A stretch of DNA of 64,000 bases from a virus. Its lineage: Duplodnaviria > Caudoviricetes. Shown here piece after piece: positions 1 through 9,808 of this stretch; the first letter of the stretch is position 1; each line of letters opens with the position of its first letter. The stretch covers positions 32,001 through 96,000 of the IMG/VR virus record IMGVR_UViG_3300028591_000124; one strand, written 5' to 3'. The notes under the pieces were generated by a model. That model saw only the letters and a list, made by a program, of their open reading frames with translations. It ran no database searches and was not told where the DNA came from. A program made the position numbers and the translations under genes.

Positions 1-146
1 TATCGGTGGCCTGACTGTATAAAAACAATTATGGCCAAGTAGCTTAATTTGGGACCTACTACTTGACCATTCGTATTTAGAGCGGGAACAACTCCCGACA
101 GTTAAATCAATATGTCCGTCGTTAGAGGTCCCAATCCTAACTACGG
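1..146 (-). ncRNA. candidate structured small RNA with loop-loop complementarity, truncated by window edge
   Basis: Hairpins at 116-146, 83-97 and 32-69. Loop sequences 126-134 and 49-57 are exact reverse complements. A TACCTTTG promoter lies directly upstream and there is no ORF. Confidence 0.55.
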
Positions 147-149
147 GTG

Positions 150-157
150 CAAAGGTA
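150..157 (-). promoter_or_regulatory. Bacteroidota sigma-A -7 element (TACCTTTG)
   Basis: Exact TAnnTTTG match in an AT-rich intergenic region. Confidence 0.65.
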
Positions 158-457
158 AAAATTAAATTTGAAACTAAAAAATATTTTTTAAATTTTTAAG
201 AATTATTTTTTGAAATAGTTCGTAACTACTTGAAACAAAGACAGTCACAAAACAAATTCCCCATATATATTATATATTACCTATTAAAATACGTGCGTGT
301 GCGCGTGAAAAAGTGGCTGCGCAACATCTATAAAATCTTATTTGCGTACTAAATCCACATAACTCTGGAAAGTCTGATTTTCAAAGAGATAGTATTTTTT
401 AATATGAATGTTAATACGAATTAACACGAAATATTTTTTAGATGCGAAAATAATTAG

Positions 458-465
458 TAAATTTG
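458..465 (+). promoter_or_regulatory. Bacteroidota sigma-A -7 element (TAAATTTG)
   Basis: Exact TAnnTTTG match upstream of the replication operon. Confidence 0.65.
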
Positions 466-525
466 CACCCAGAAATCAACGAAAAGTCAAATTTAGAGCT
501 ATATAAACCCTAATATGAAGCAAAG

Positions 526-1044
526 TTGATTAAGAAGCACGGCAAGATTAAGGTTGAAGGAGGAGTCCTTTACCGACGGGAGCTGGATGAGGCCCTTGAC
601 AAGCTTCCCGATGACGAATATCTTTTCGTCTTTGCCAACAAGGACAAGAACAGGGCAATGAACAAGCTTTCATATCTACACTCTGTTGTATTGAGGACGA
701 TAGCCGAAGAGCTTGCTGAGCGCAACCCGGACAAAGAGCCGGTAACACCTTCACAATTATACAGGTATTTCGAAGAGATCTTCGCGCCGATTCATACCTG
801 CGTAATTAACAATGAGAAGTTTGAATACTTTGACCTGAAATCGGAATCGTCAGCTGAAATAGGGGCAGTAAGTGAGAAAATTGCCCAGTATGTTGAGAAG
901 AAATGGGGAATACATGTTCCAACCGAAGATGAATTAAATTCGGAACCATACTACAAGACATACGCCGAAGCCTATCTCAATCAGTGGAAAGGCTATTGGT
1001 CAGAATTTTTATCTCGTCGTAAAGAATTAAAAAAAGATGAGTGA
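526..1044 (+). CDS. hypothetical protein, possibly NinB/YbcN-like recombination accessory
   Basis: 172 aa ORF overlapping the SSB start. The YLHSVVLRTIA segment resembles NinB-type proteins (weak). Start codon uncertain. Confidence 0.5.
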   Translation: MIKKHGKIKVEGGVLYRRELDEALDKLPDDEYLFVFANKDKNRAMNKLSYLHSVVLRTIAEELAERNPDKEPVTPSQLYRYFEEIFAPIHTCVINNEKFEYFDLKSESSAEIGAVSEKIAQYVEKKWGIHVPTEDELNSEPYYKTYAEAYLNQWKGYWSEFLSRRKELKKDE

Positions 1045-2485
1045 GAATTCTAAAATCAATTACAGAGATTTACTTAAGAAAACTGCGGTAACTTATGAGC
1101 AGACCGTAGAACGTGTAAAATCAGAGCAGCAGAGACCCCAGGTTGACCGCTTCCGCATTGGTGAAGATGGTGACTATGCTGTTCGTATTCTTCCGCTTGC
1201 TCCTTATCTTACCAGTGACGGTCAGATTGATGAGACACGTCCTCTGCGTGAGTCGTTCGAGTATCCGCTGAAGCAGATGTTCCTTGATATTAAGGGTGAA
1301 CCCAAGAAGAAGGGGGGCAAACCTTCTGTCATCAACATCCCTGTTATCTGTGCCACTCAGGATGGTGTCGGTAAGTCTGTTGACTTGATTGATACCTACA
1401 AGAAGCTTGTCAAGGAATATTATCCTGATGACAAGGAGATCATCGATCTGGTGAACAAGGGCCGTTTCGAGAAGGGTCTGAAGTGGAGTTATCTTCGCGT
1501 TCTCTATGTGTTTGACTTGGATTCCAACAAGCGCACACCTCTGTTGTGGCAACCTTCATTTGCACAGTACAATGACTTCGTTGATCGCCAGATTAAGCTC
1601 TGGGATAAACTGAAGGCTAAGAATTCTGATGCTGAGGATCCCCTGGCTGGTTTCGGTGTGTCTTACGCTCTTGAAATTACACGTAAGACCGAGAACAAGA
1701 AGACCGGTTATTCGTTCAATATCGACATGACCAGCGAGGACGAGCTGGACGATAAGGATATGGAGGCATTGTTCAATGCTCCACGTATTCCTGATGTCAT
1801 CTACCGTTATACCAAGTATCAGATGGAGGCTACCATTGAATTCCTGAAGCAGTATGATGAAGAGCATGGTCTTGACATCATGCAGGAGGAGGCAATGCTG
1901 AATGCTATCGATAAGCTGAAGGGTGAACTGGATGCAAATGACCAGAGTCACTTCGATCTCGCTACTGCCGGTGATGGTAAGGGTGAAGGTGGTGCCGGTA
2001 AGCTGACCTTGGAGCAGTTGAATGACCGCTATGATGCACTCTTGGATGCTGGTCTTGCCGATGATTCAGATGAGGGTATCGAGCTTCGTGAGGACATCCG
2101 CGCTTATGTTGAGGAGAACGACCTGAAGGTTACGATGAAGCACTCTATGAGTACGGCTGATATTCTTGATGCTGTTGAGGAGGCTGAGCAGAATAAGCCT
2201 GCCACCACAACAAAGAAGGACGAACAAGAGCCTGAACCGGAGCCTGAGCAAGCACCAGCCCGTCGTTCACGTCGTGCTGCCGAGCCAGAGCCAGAACCAG
2301 AGCCCAAGAATGAGCCGGAGCCTGAGCCAGAACCAGAGCCTGAGCAGACTGGTCGCCGCCGTCGTGCTGCAAGACCAACACGCGAGGATGATAACGATGC
2401 AACTCCTGAAAACAAGGAGAACGAGGCACCAGCAGAAGAAAATACAGGTGAGCGTCGCCGTCGCCGTCGTTCAACAGCTGAATAA
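1037..2485 (+). CDS. putative single-stranded DNA-binding protein (gp32-like) with a long low-complexity tail
   Basis: N-terminal VRILP motif, acidic middle region, (EP)n and Arg-rich tail, position before SbcD/SbcC. Confidence 0.6.
   Translation: MSENSKINYRDLLKKTAVTYEQTVERVKSEQQRPQVDRFRIGEDGDYAVRILPLAPYLTSDGQIDETRPLRESFEYPLKQMFLDIKGEPKKKGGKPSVINIPVICATQDGVGKSVDLIDTYKKLVKEYYPDDKEIIDLVNKGRFEKGLKWSYLRVLYVFDLDSNKRTPLLWQPSFAQYNDFVDRQIKLWDKLKAKNSDAEDPLAGFGVSYALEITRKTENKKTGYSFNIDMTSEDELDDKDMEALFNAPRIPDVIYRYTKYQMEATIEFLKQYDEEHGLDIMQEEAMLNAIDKLKGELDANDQSHFDLATAGDGKGEGGAGKLTLEQLNDRYDALLDAGLADDSDEGIELREDIRAYVEENDLKVTMKHSMSTADILDAVEEAEQNKPATTTKKDEQEPEPEPEQAPARRSRRAAEPEPEPEPKNEPEPEPEPEPEQTGRRRRAARPTREDDNDATPENKENEAPAEENTGERRRRRRSTAE
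2229..2345 (+). repeat. in-frame GAGCCN hexamer repeats encoding (Glu-Pro)n
   Basis: Three EPEPEP tracts visible in DNA and protein. Confidence 0.85.
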
Positions 2486-2508
2486 TCTACGCATCTTCTT
2501 TTAATTCT

Positions 2509-2546
2509 GGGAGGTGTCGCTCCCCATAAAGGAATGACACCTCCCT
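2509..2546 (+). other. intergenic stem-loop (terminator or processing site)
   Basis: GGGAGGTGTC...GACACCTCCC 10 bp inverted repeat. Confidence 0.6.
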
Positions 2547-2568
2547 TAATCATTAAAAAGTATAGGTT

Positions 2569-3615
2569 ATGAAGCACCCAAGTTTTTTATTGGTTAACGA
2601 CTTGCATGTTGACAAGAACTGTATTGAGGATTTTAATCTCAATTGGGATGAAATGCTTGAACAGTGTAAGGCCAACAAGGTAAGCTCTGTTGCAATTGGT
2701 GGTGACATCTTCACTTCCAGGTCTTCTCAGACTTTGGATGTATTGATGACTGTCCGTGATGCATTTGATCGTGCTGAAAGGGCTGGTGTCACTTTGTGGA
2801 TTGCTTTGGGAAACCATGATCTTTTGGATCAAGAGGCTACTTATGGCTATCCAGATATTTTTGACTCTCATGGTAATGTTTGTCTGATTAATAATAAGCC
2901 TGAGATTCTTGAAGTTGGTGGTGATTTCTACTTGGCCATTATGCGTTACTGGAAAGAAGAAACAACATTTCCAGGCAAGATGGAAGAGCTCCGTGAAATC
3001 CTTTCTGAAAAAAATATAGATCCAAGTCAGGTTATTCTTTATATTCATGAAGGCATTCATGGTGGCCTTGGTGATTTTGAAGCACCTAATGAAGTTCCGC
3101 AAGAGGTTTTTAAAGGATTCAGGAGTGTATTGGTTGGGCATTATCACAACAGGAAGAAAATCGATGGCACCCAGATTGAATATATAGGTTCTTCTCGCCA
3201 GGCTAATTTTGGAGAGGACGAACATAAGGGATACACATTGTTGTGGTCAGATGGCACCCATTCATTTATTGAGAATCAAGTCAACACCCGTTATGTTACT
3301 TTTGAAAAGGATTTTGAAGAACTGAATAATGCAGCTTTGAAGGCCATTTCTGAGTGGCGTGATGATGACTACAAGATACGTTTGAAGATTAATTGTACAG
3401 ATGCACAATCAAAATTGATCGACAAACAAGCTCTTTTTGCAGCTGGAGTAACAAAAATCGAAGCTGAGACTGAGGAAACAAAGGTTGAAAAAGTAACCGA
3501 TGAAGACCTCAGTAAAAAGTTTGACAAGAAAGGCATCCAGACTGAATATGAGACTTACTGCAATGGTAAGAACATCAGTAGTGAACTTGGTATGAAATAT
3601 CTAAATCAAATTTAA
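2569..3615 (+). CDS. sbcD: SbcD/Mre11-like metallophosphoesterase nuclease
   Basis: DLH, GGD, GNHD and GHYH phosphoesterase motifs; near the SbcC-like gene. Confidence 0.9.
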   Translation: MKHPSFLLVNDLHVDKNCIEDFNLNWDEMLEQCKANKVSSVAIGGDIFTSRSSQTLDVLMTVRDAFDRAERAGVTLWIALGNHDLLDQEATYGYPDIFDSHGNVCLINNKPEILEVGGDFYLAIMRYWKEETTFPGKMEELREILSEKNIDPSQVILYIHEGIHGGLGDFEAPNEVPQEVFKGFRSVLVGHYHNRKKIDGTQIEYIGSSRQANFGEDEHKGYTLLWSDGTHSFIENQVNTRYVTFEKDFEELNNAALKAISEWRDDDYKIRLKINCTDAQSKLIDKQALFAAGVTKIEAETEETKVEKVTDEDLSKKFDKKGIQTEYETYCNGKNISSELGMKYLNQI

Positions 3616-3617
3616 TC

Positions 3618-3812
3618 ATGGAACGCAAATTATTTTTCTTAGGGCTGTTTTTGGCGATTATTAGTCTTGCGAATCTTGTTTGTATTTGCAAGTTGATTTC
3701 TGTTCTGAATGGTAATGGGTGTTGGACCAGTATAGGCGTTGTCGCTGCAATGTGTGATATGCTTGTTGCTGCTGTTATAGTAATTGTTTTTGCGCTCAAA
3801 TATAACGATTAA
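3618..3812 (+). CDS. small two-TM membrane protein
   Basis: Two hydrophobic stretches; fills the gap between sbcD and sbcC. Confidence 0.6.
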   Translation: MERKLFFLGLFLAIISLANLVCICKLISVLNGNGCWTSIGVVAAMCDMLVAAVIVIVFALKYND

Positions 3813-3815
3813 GCT

Positions 3816-6200
3816 ATGTGGAACCTACAGTCTATTGAAGCAAGAAATATATGCTCATTCACTAAGCTTCAGTTTTTTATGAAGCAGAATGTGGCAACTC
3901 TCATTTTCGGCAACAACGAGGATGATGGAGAGAATCAGCAGCACAATGGTTCTGGTAAGTCGGCATTCATGGAGTGTATCGGCTTCGGAATCACAGGTGA
4001 GGCTTTTCGTAAAGTTGACACCATTGAAGACATAATTCGTGATGACGAGGATTACGCTGAGGTCAAATTGGACCTTTACAATCAGGAGTCAAACAAACGG
4101 ATGATAGTCTCCAGGCGTATAGAAAGAGGGCAGTCACAAAAAGTTGAAGTCACTATTGTTGAAAATGACATTCCGTCTTACATTCCTTTTGTGTCTGTTA
4201 TTGAGACCAATCGCCAGATACTTGAAATCCTGGGAATCTCAAAGGATGATTTGTACCACAATTATCTTTTGAATGCCAATCGTTTCAAGTCGTTCTTTAA
4301 TTCTTCTGATAAAGAGAAAAAAGAAATCATCAATACTTTCTCGAATGGTATTATTGTTGACGAGGCCATCGAAAAGTTGAAGGTTGATATTGAGGCAGCT
4401 GGTGAAGAGGCAGACAAGGCTAATCTGGAAGTCTCCAGAGTTACCGGTGCTATTGAGGCAATCCAGTCACAGATTGACGAGGCAGAAAATAATGCTGAAG
4501 CTATGGAGTCTCAGCGTAAGGAAAAAGTTGATGTTTTGAAGTCTAAGATTGCTTCTGAGCGTGAACAGATACGTTCTATCCAAAAGGAGATTGATGATGC
4601 ACATGATGATGCTACAAAACTCAATAATGCTGCCATTAAGATTGAGTCCATTGAGGATGCCGGTTTGGATTTGACTACTTTGAATCATCAGGTCAAAAAA
4701 GTATTGACAGAGGTTGGTTTTGAGTCCAAGATGACAGACTGGAATCTCAGAATTCAGAGTCTTAATGAGAAGAAAGAGAAAGATTCCCAGCTTGTTTCTG
4801 AATTGAATGCTGAACTAACTGGTATCCAGGCTAAGTTGAATGAGAGTAAGCGTCAGTTAGAAGAAGCTGGAGCAGAATATAATAAGGTAAAAGAGTCAAA
4901 TCACCAGAAGGACGAGGCTGACCAGAAGGAGATTATTGAAATTCAGGAGGACATAAAGAAATATGAAGAGAAGTCCAAAAAGATTCTGAATGATATTATT
5001 GCTACCAATGAACAGATTGCCAATGCCAGACACGATATTGTGAAACTGACAGCCGCTATCAATGGTGCTGTTGAATGCCCGAATTGTCATCATAAGTTTG
5101 CTTTGGATTCAAATTTGTCCGTTGACGAGCTTAAGGTTGAACTGGATCAGAAAGATGCCAGTGTAAAGAATATGGAAGAAGATGTTGAGTCTTACAGATC
5201 TAAGAAATCCAAGAATGACGAGGAAATCGAAAATTGCAGACTTGACATGCAAGATATTCGTGATGACATCCAGAAACGTTCTAATGCACTGAGTGAGCTC
5301 TTCAATAAAGGACAGGCTTTCCGTCATTCTTATAATGGCAATAAAGAGGAATTCGATAAGTTGGAAGAGCGTATCAATTCTTTGAAGTCCAGTATCAGTA
5401 ATGCTGAGAATGAAATCGCAAAACTCTCAGAATCTATTGTTACTGAGGCACTGGATATTCTGGATGGCCAGATTGACGAACTGAAGCGCACACAGAAAAC
5501 CAAGAAGGCTCAGATTGAAGGATGTAAGTCTGCTATTGAGGTAAATGAGGCTTCTATTAAGGAGCTGGAGAGTGCTACGGTTTCAGATCATGTTGATAAA
5601 TTACGCGCTACTCTGGAATCTAAGGAATCAGAGAAGAAAGAGGTTGATGCTGTATTCCGTGAGAAGCAGGCAGCTCTCAATGAGCTGAAAGAACAGGAAG
5701 TGCGTTTTGTTAATTTCAAGACTCACCTGGCTAATACCAAAATCAATTCGATCTCACAGATTACAAATCAGGTACTCCAAGACATCAAGAGCCCAATTCG
5801 TGTTCATCTTTCTGGGTTTACCGTTACAAAGTCAGGAAAGGTGCGCGATAAGATTTCCGTATCAGTATCAAAGAACGGTATCGATTGTGGGTCATTCCTG
5901 AAGTGTTCTGCTGGTGAGAAAGCTCGTATTATGTTCGCTAATATCGTAGCCATGCAGCGTATGACCAATCTCACAGCGTTAGGTGGTGGCCTGAATCTTA
6001 TCTGTATTGATGAGATTATGGATAACTGTGAAGAGGCCGGATTGATGAGTGTTGCTGAAATGGCAAACGAACTTGGAATCACGGTTCTGATGATTACCCA
6101 GGGTAAGACCTCAGAGAACTATCCATACGAGTTGGTTGTTACCAAGCGTTGCGGTGTATCATTCATTTCAAAACAGCCTAAATCAGATGAAAACGCTTAA
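3816..6200 (+). CDS. sbcC: SbcC/Rad50-like SMC ATPase
   Basis: Walker A NGSGKS, coiled coil with CPNC zinc hook, SAGE signature, ICIDE Walker B. Confidence 0.93.
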   Translation: MWNLQSIEARNICSFTKLQFFMKQNVATLIFGNNEDDGENQQHNGSGKSAFMECIGFGITGEAFRKVDTIEDIIRDDEDYAEVKLDLYNQESNKRMIVSRRIERGQSQKVEVTIVENDIPSYIPFVSVIETNRQILEILGISKDDLYHNYLLNANRFKSFFNSSDKEKKEIINTFSNGIIVDEAIEKLKVDIEAAGEEADKANLEVSRVTGAIEAIQSQIDEAENNAEAMESQRKEKVDVLKSKIASEREQIRSIQKEIDDAHDDATKLNNAAIKIESIEDAGLDLTTLNHQVKKVLTEVGFESKMTDWNLRIQSLNEKKEKDSQLVSELNAELTGIQAKLNESKRQLEEAGAEYNKVKESNHQKDEADQKEIIEIQEDIKKYEEKSKKILNDIIATNEQIANARHDIVKLTAAINGAVECPNCHHKFALDSNLSVDELKVELDQKDASVKNMEEDVESYRSKKSKNDEEIENCRLDMQDIRDDIQKRSNALSELFNKGQAFRHSYNGNKEEFDKLEERINSLKSSISNAENEIAKLSESIVTEALDILDGQIDELKRTQKTKKAQIEGCKSAIEVNEASIKELESATVSDHVDKLRATLESKESEKKEVDAVFREKQAALNELKEQEVRFVNFKTHLANTKINSISQITNQVLQDIKSPIRVHLSGFTVTKSGKVRDKISVSVSKNGIDCGSFLKCSAGEKARIMFANIVAMQRMTNLTALGGGLNLICIDEIMDNCEEAGLMSVAEMANELGITVLMITQGKTSENYPYELVVTKRCGVSFISKQPKSDENA

Positions 6201-6705
6201 TGATGTATTGCAGGCGGGACTTCGTAAAAACGAGGTTCTTGCCTTGGATATTGCTGAACACTGCGGTTATTACTCCAGTGTTGACAACTATGGTGTGGCA
6301 CATTTCCCAGCTAATGACAAAGCACCAAAATATCTTGGTGCCGACTATAGCCAGTATGTTGCGTTTGCCGACTGGTTGGAGAAGATGATCATCGATAACG
6401 GTATTAAGGTTTTGGCTGTTGAGGATTTGAAATTCTCAAAATTCGCATTGGCCACTATCAAACTTGCCCAGCTTCATGGAATAATGCTTCTCGTAGCTGC
6501 CGAAATGGATATTCCGGTTAGGTATTTCAATGTACCAAGCATCAAGAAACACACCACTGGTGATGGACGCGCTGACAAGGCTAAAATGCTTAAGTATGCA
6601 GCGGAACGGTATCACCTTGATTTTGAAGGAAAGCATGATGCCTGTGATGCATCATGTGTCTGGTTCTATTTCATTCATTTGTACAATAACGATTTAAAAC
6701 GATAA
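6187..6705 (+). CDS. ruvC: RuvC-like Holliday junction resolvase
   Basis: VLALD, LAVED, KKHTTGDGRADK and HDACDA motifs; ATG at 6187. Confidence 0.85.
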   Translation: MKTLNDVLQAGLRKNEVLALDIAEHCGYYSSVDNYGVAHFPANDKAPKYLGADYSQYVAFADWLEKMIIDNGIKVLAVEDLKFSKFALATIKLAQLHGIMLLVAAEMDIPVRYFNVPSIKKHTTGDGRADKAKMLKYAAERYHLDFEGKHDACDASCVWFYFIHLYNNDLKR

Positions 6706-6709
6706 AATT

Positions 6710-7066
6710 ATGGGATGCGTAGCAAAAACAAAAAAGATTAAGTTTTCCAAGATGTTGATGGAAGACGTTCTATTAACGCTTGTGACGAAGTACGTTCTGT
6801 ATCTTCGTGGTGAGGAAATGTTCAAGTTTAATGGCGTTCCAGTTGACACCACTGTTACTTATCATGAGGATGGCTCTTTCACTCCGACTGAAGAGGGTAT
6901 CGCTGAGACATTTAAATTTATGAACAACATCTGGGAACGTCAGGTCAGACATAGAATGAAAGAGGAGTCATGGCCAAAGTATATCGATATGTTCAAACAG
7001 TCAATCTCGAAGGAATGGAACGCAAGCAAGAAGTCTTCTTCGACAGCAACGGAAAGCCAATCCTAA
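6710..7066 (+). CDS. hypothetical protein
   Basis: 118 aa ORF with A-rich start context. Confidence 0.65.
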   Translation: MGCVAKTKKIKFSKMLMEDVLLTLVTKYVLYLRGEEMFKFNGVPVDTTVTYHEDGSFTPTEEGIAETFKFMNNIWERQVRHRMKEESWPKYIDMFKQSISKEWNASKKSSSTATESQS

Positions 7067-7692
7067 ACGGTAAGGATCCCAGGGTAAACAACGAGTTATT
7101 TGAGGAGTATATACTTCCCAATTATGACATGGTGCTTACACTGACAAGGAAATACACAGATCGTCCGGAGAACGTTGACGAAAATTTCGCCATCGTTCTC
7201 ACGGAGTTCTATAAGTATATCCAATCCTATAATCCAGAAAAGCCGCTAAAAACATGGATTCACATTTGTACTAAACGTTGTTGCCAGGAACAGAACAAGA
7301 GGCGGTTTGATCAGGATTCCAAGTATTCTGATAATGACCCGTATTCCTCTTCTGTTGCCAGAGAACACATCATGCAGACTGGAGCATTTACTACGCATGA
7401 TATGAGTCATGGGCTTTCCGACGAGATTGTGACAGCTCTTAGGATGATTCAGCCTCATAAATTGTCGGCATTCATTCTTCAGGTGCAGGGTTACTCCATC
7501 AAGGAAATCACCGAGATCGAATATATGCGTGGTCACTTGAAACGCAAGAATGAAGAAAACGTCAAAAGCAGAATCTTCCAGGCCCGTAAGGAACTGAGAG
7601 AGCTGCTGAATCGAGACGGTACTATCAAAAGTGAGTTGTTGAAGTTGATTTTAAAAAAGAGGATGCAAGGTGGAACAGGAGAAAGTAAGTAG
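6970..7692 (+). CDS. phage RNA polymerase sigma factor (sigma-70/ECF-like)
   Basis: Region 2-like YNPEKPLKTWIH; region 4-like GYSIKEI...NVKSRIFQARKELR. Confidence 0.8.
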   Translation: MAKVYRYVQTVNLEGMERKQEVFFDSNGKPILNGKDPRVNNELFEEYILPNYDMVLTLTRKYTDRPENVDENFAIVLTEFYKYIQSYNPEKPLKTWIHICTKRCCQEQNKRRFDQDSKYSDNDPYSSSVAREHIMQTGAFTTHDMSHGLSDEIVTALRMIQPHKLSAFILQVQGYSIKEITEIEYMRGHLKRKNEENVKSRIFQARKELRELLNRDGTIKSELLKLILKKRMQGGTGESK

Positions 7693-8284
7693 GACGATTA
7701 AGATTTTTGTCCGTATCATCAATAAAATAGACCAAAAATGGAGACTACCTGGAGGTGGCCAGCCTGAATTGTATATTGCAAATGGTCTTGCTGGTCTGGA
7801 GAAGATGTTTCCAATGGGAATGTCTGACCAACGAATAGCAGACTACATTGTGTATCAATTGTATCGGTATGCAGACAATATAGCCGGTGTAGCTCCGACA
7901 CATTTTCAGTATTCTTGGTGTTTCAGTGAAACCGCATTGGCAAAGTACAAGAACCAGTATTTTGGCACTGGAAATCCGAGGATCGACTATTATATTGATC
8001 AGTGGCTAAAAGGGCTTGGTATTCAGCGTCAGCAAGTTGTTGAATATATCTCAGGCCCAAAACCTAATAAATGGAGAAAATATCTTGAAATGCCAAGTGA
8101 CGAATTGGTAAAGAGACGGTTCCACAACACAGAAAACGGATTTGTCCTGTGTTCTTCGAGGACAATGGGGTGGAGTCCTGGCTCTAAGGCATGTCAAGAA
8201 TGCAATTTCATAGGTAAATGCAAGCAAGTTACTGGGAAGAGATACCCAGAATTGCTTAGGTTAAGAGAAGAAAATAAGAATTAA
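7670..8284 (+). CDS. hypothetical protein with C-terminal Cys cluster, upstream of helicase
   Basis: 204 aa; C...CQEC...C motif. Confidence 0.7.
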   Translation: MEQEKVSRTIKIFVRIINKIDQKWRLPGGGQPELYIANGLAGLEKMFPMGMSDQRIADYIVYQLYRYADNIAGVAPTHFQYSWCFSETALAKYKNQYFGTGNPRIDYYIDQWLKGLGIQRQQVVEYISGPKPNKWRKYLEMPSDELVKRRFHNTENGFVLCSSRTMGWSPGSKACQECNFIGKCKQVTGKRYPELLRLREENKN

Positions 8285-8297
8285 AAGAAGATCAATT

Positions 8298-9650
8298 ATG
8301 GCAACAATTAAGAAAAAGGTTTTGACGGTAGAATATCTACGTCAATTGTATTGGGGAGCGATTAACAATAGTTTTGTGTGTTCAGCTGTCAGTCAGCACA
8401 TGGAGTCTGAACTTTTGCCTACACAAGATTTCCAGACTCTTCATGAGGCAATAAAGAAGCATTTTGTAACTCACAAAGACGCACCTAAATATGGCATCAT
8501 AAAACAAACTGTTGCTTCCAGTCGTGCTGTTACTGAGTTGTTGGAAGAGATTCACGATGATGCTCAGGACATCGAGCCAGAGGTGCTTCTGGAACAGTTG
8601 GAGGAATACCTTAAATTGACGATGTTCCAGAGGGCCTATAAAGAAATTGGAAAGAAGTATCAGAATGGTGATGGCACAGAAGCTATGGCTTTGTTCTATC
8701 AGGAGGCAGAGAAAATCAAACAGTTTACTCTTAAGCAGGAGGATTTTATCGATGTTGTCGGTTCATTCCGTGAACGTTATAACGACAATAAAGAGCGTCA
8801 CCAGGAGAATAGCCGTAAGAAAGCTGTCACAAGTTTCTATATACACCAGTTGGATGAAATGAATCACGGACGCAATCTTCGCGGGCAGGAAACATTATTC
8901 TTGGCACAAACTGGTGTCGGAAAGTCTCATGTTGCCAGATGGATTGGTTCGAATGCCTGTTATACGAGTGGTCTGAACGTTCTTCACATTCAGTTGGAGG
9001 GAAAGACATCTGAAACAACAGATGCTTATTCGGCTGGCCTTGTTGGATGCGAGTCTTATTTATATGAGTCTGGTCTTATCAATGAACATTCTATGCAACA
9101 GTACCAGAAGATTGTTGAAATGGCAGCTGGTACATTGGTTGTGCGAGGATTCCCGAAGTTTGGCAAGGAAATCACAACTATAGATATTAAAAATGTTCTG
9201 GAAGAATATCGCAAGAAATATGGTTATTATCCAGATGTGCTTATTATCGACTCCGTTGACTTGTTAGGTGATTCAACAGGACGCAACTGGGGTGAGAAAG
9301 GACAGCGTTTCAAGCGCATCCAGGTATCTAAGGATTTGAAGGATATTGCAGACGATTATGATTTGTGGTGTGTTGGAACCTATCAGGCCAATATCTCAGA
9401 TCCTAAGTTGACGGAAGACGAGAATTTTGTTTTGACGGAATACAATTGTTCTGAGGCAAAGGGTCTGGCATGGGCACTTACGCATCTTATTTCTTTGAAT
9501 CAGACATCGAAGGAGCGCAAGGAGCGTACTATGAGGCTTTATGTGGCCAAGTCCAGGTTCTTTGCTAAGGGTGAGCCATTCAAGATTGCAACTGATTATG
9601 AGCATGAAAGATTTTATGATGAAGAAAGAACCCTCAACATGGCAGCTTAG
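8298..9650 (+). CDS. dnaB: DnaB-like replicative helicase
   Basis: Walker A AQTGVGKS, QLE, IIDS Walker B, YQAN, AKSR arginine finger. Confidence 0.9.
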   Translation: MATIKKKVLTVEYLRQLYWGAINNSFVCSAVSQHMESELLPTQDFQTLHEAIKKHFVTHKDAPKYGIIKQTVASSRAVTELLEEIHDDAQDIEPEVLLEQLEEYLKLTMFQRAYKEIGKKYQNGDGTEAMALFYQEAEKIKQFTLKQEDFIDVVGSFRERYNDNKERHQENSRKKAVTSFYIHQLDEMNHGRNLRGQETLFLAQTGVGKSHVARWIGSNACYTSGLNVLHIQLEGKTSETTDAYSAGLVGCESYLYESGLINEHSMQQYQKIVEMAAGTLVVRGFPKFGKEITTIDIKNVLEEYRKKYGYYPDVLIIDSVDLLGDSTGRNWGEKGQRFKRIQVSKDLKDIADDYDLWCVGTYQANISDPKLTEDENFVLTEYNCSEAKGLAWALTHLISLNQTSKERKERTMRLYVAKSRFFAKGEPFKIATDYEHERFYDEERTLNMAA

Positions 9651-9730
9651 GGATTGAAAATTATTTCAAAGAAGTGCTAACAAATCTAAATATCGGTGTA
9701 TAAGGTATTGTTTTCGGGATTGAAAATCAT

Positions 9731-9738
9731 TATCTTTG
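9731..9738 (+). promoter_or_regulatory. Bacteroidota sigma-A -7 element (TATCTTTG) for primase/polymerase genes
   Basis: Exact TAnnTTTG with TTG about 20 nt upstream. Confidence 0.7.
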
Positions 9739-9808
9739 CACCGATATTTCAATTGATTTTTGGGCAAAATTCCCTCTAACTAAGTATTTCCTACGGGAAT
9801 TTTGCAGT

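Noticed and set aside
9688-9749. Invertible promoter (AAATATCGGTG / CACCGATATTT inverted repeat)
   Set aside because: The repeats extend into the -7 element itself, so this looks like a palindromic promoter pair. There is no evidence of inversion.
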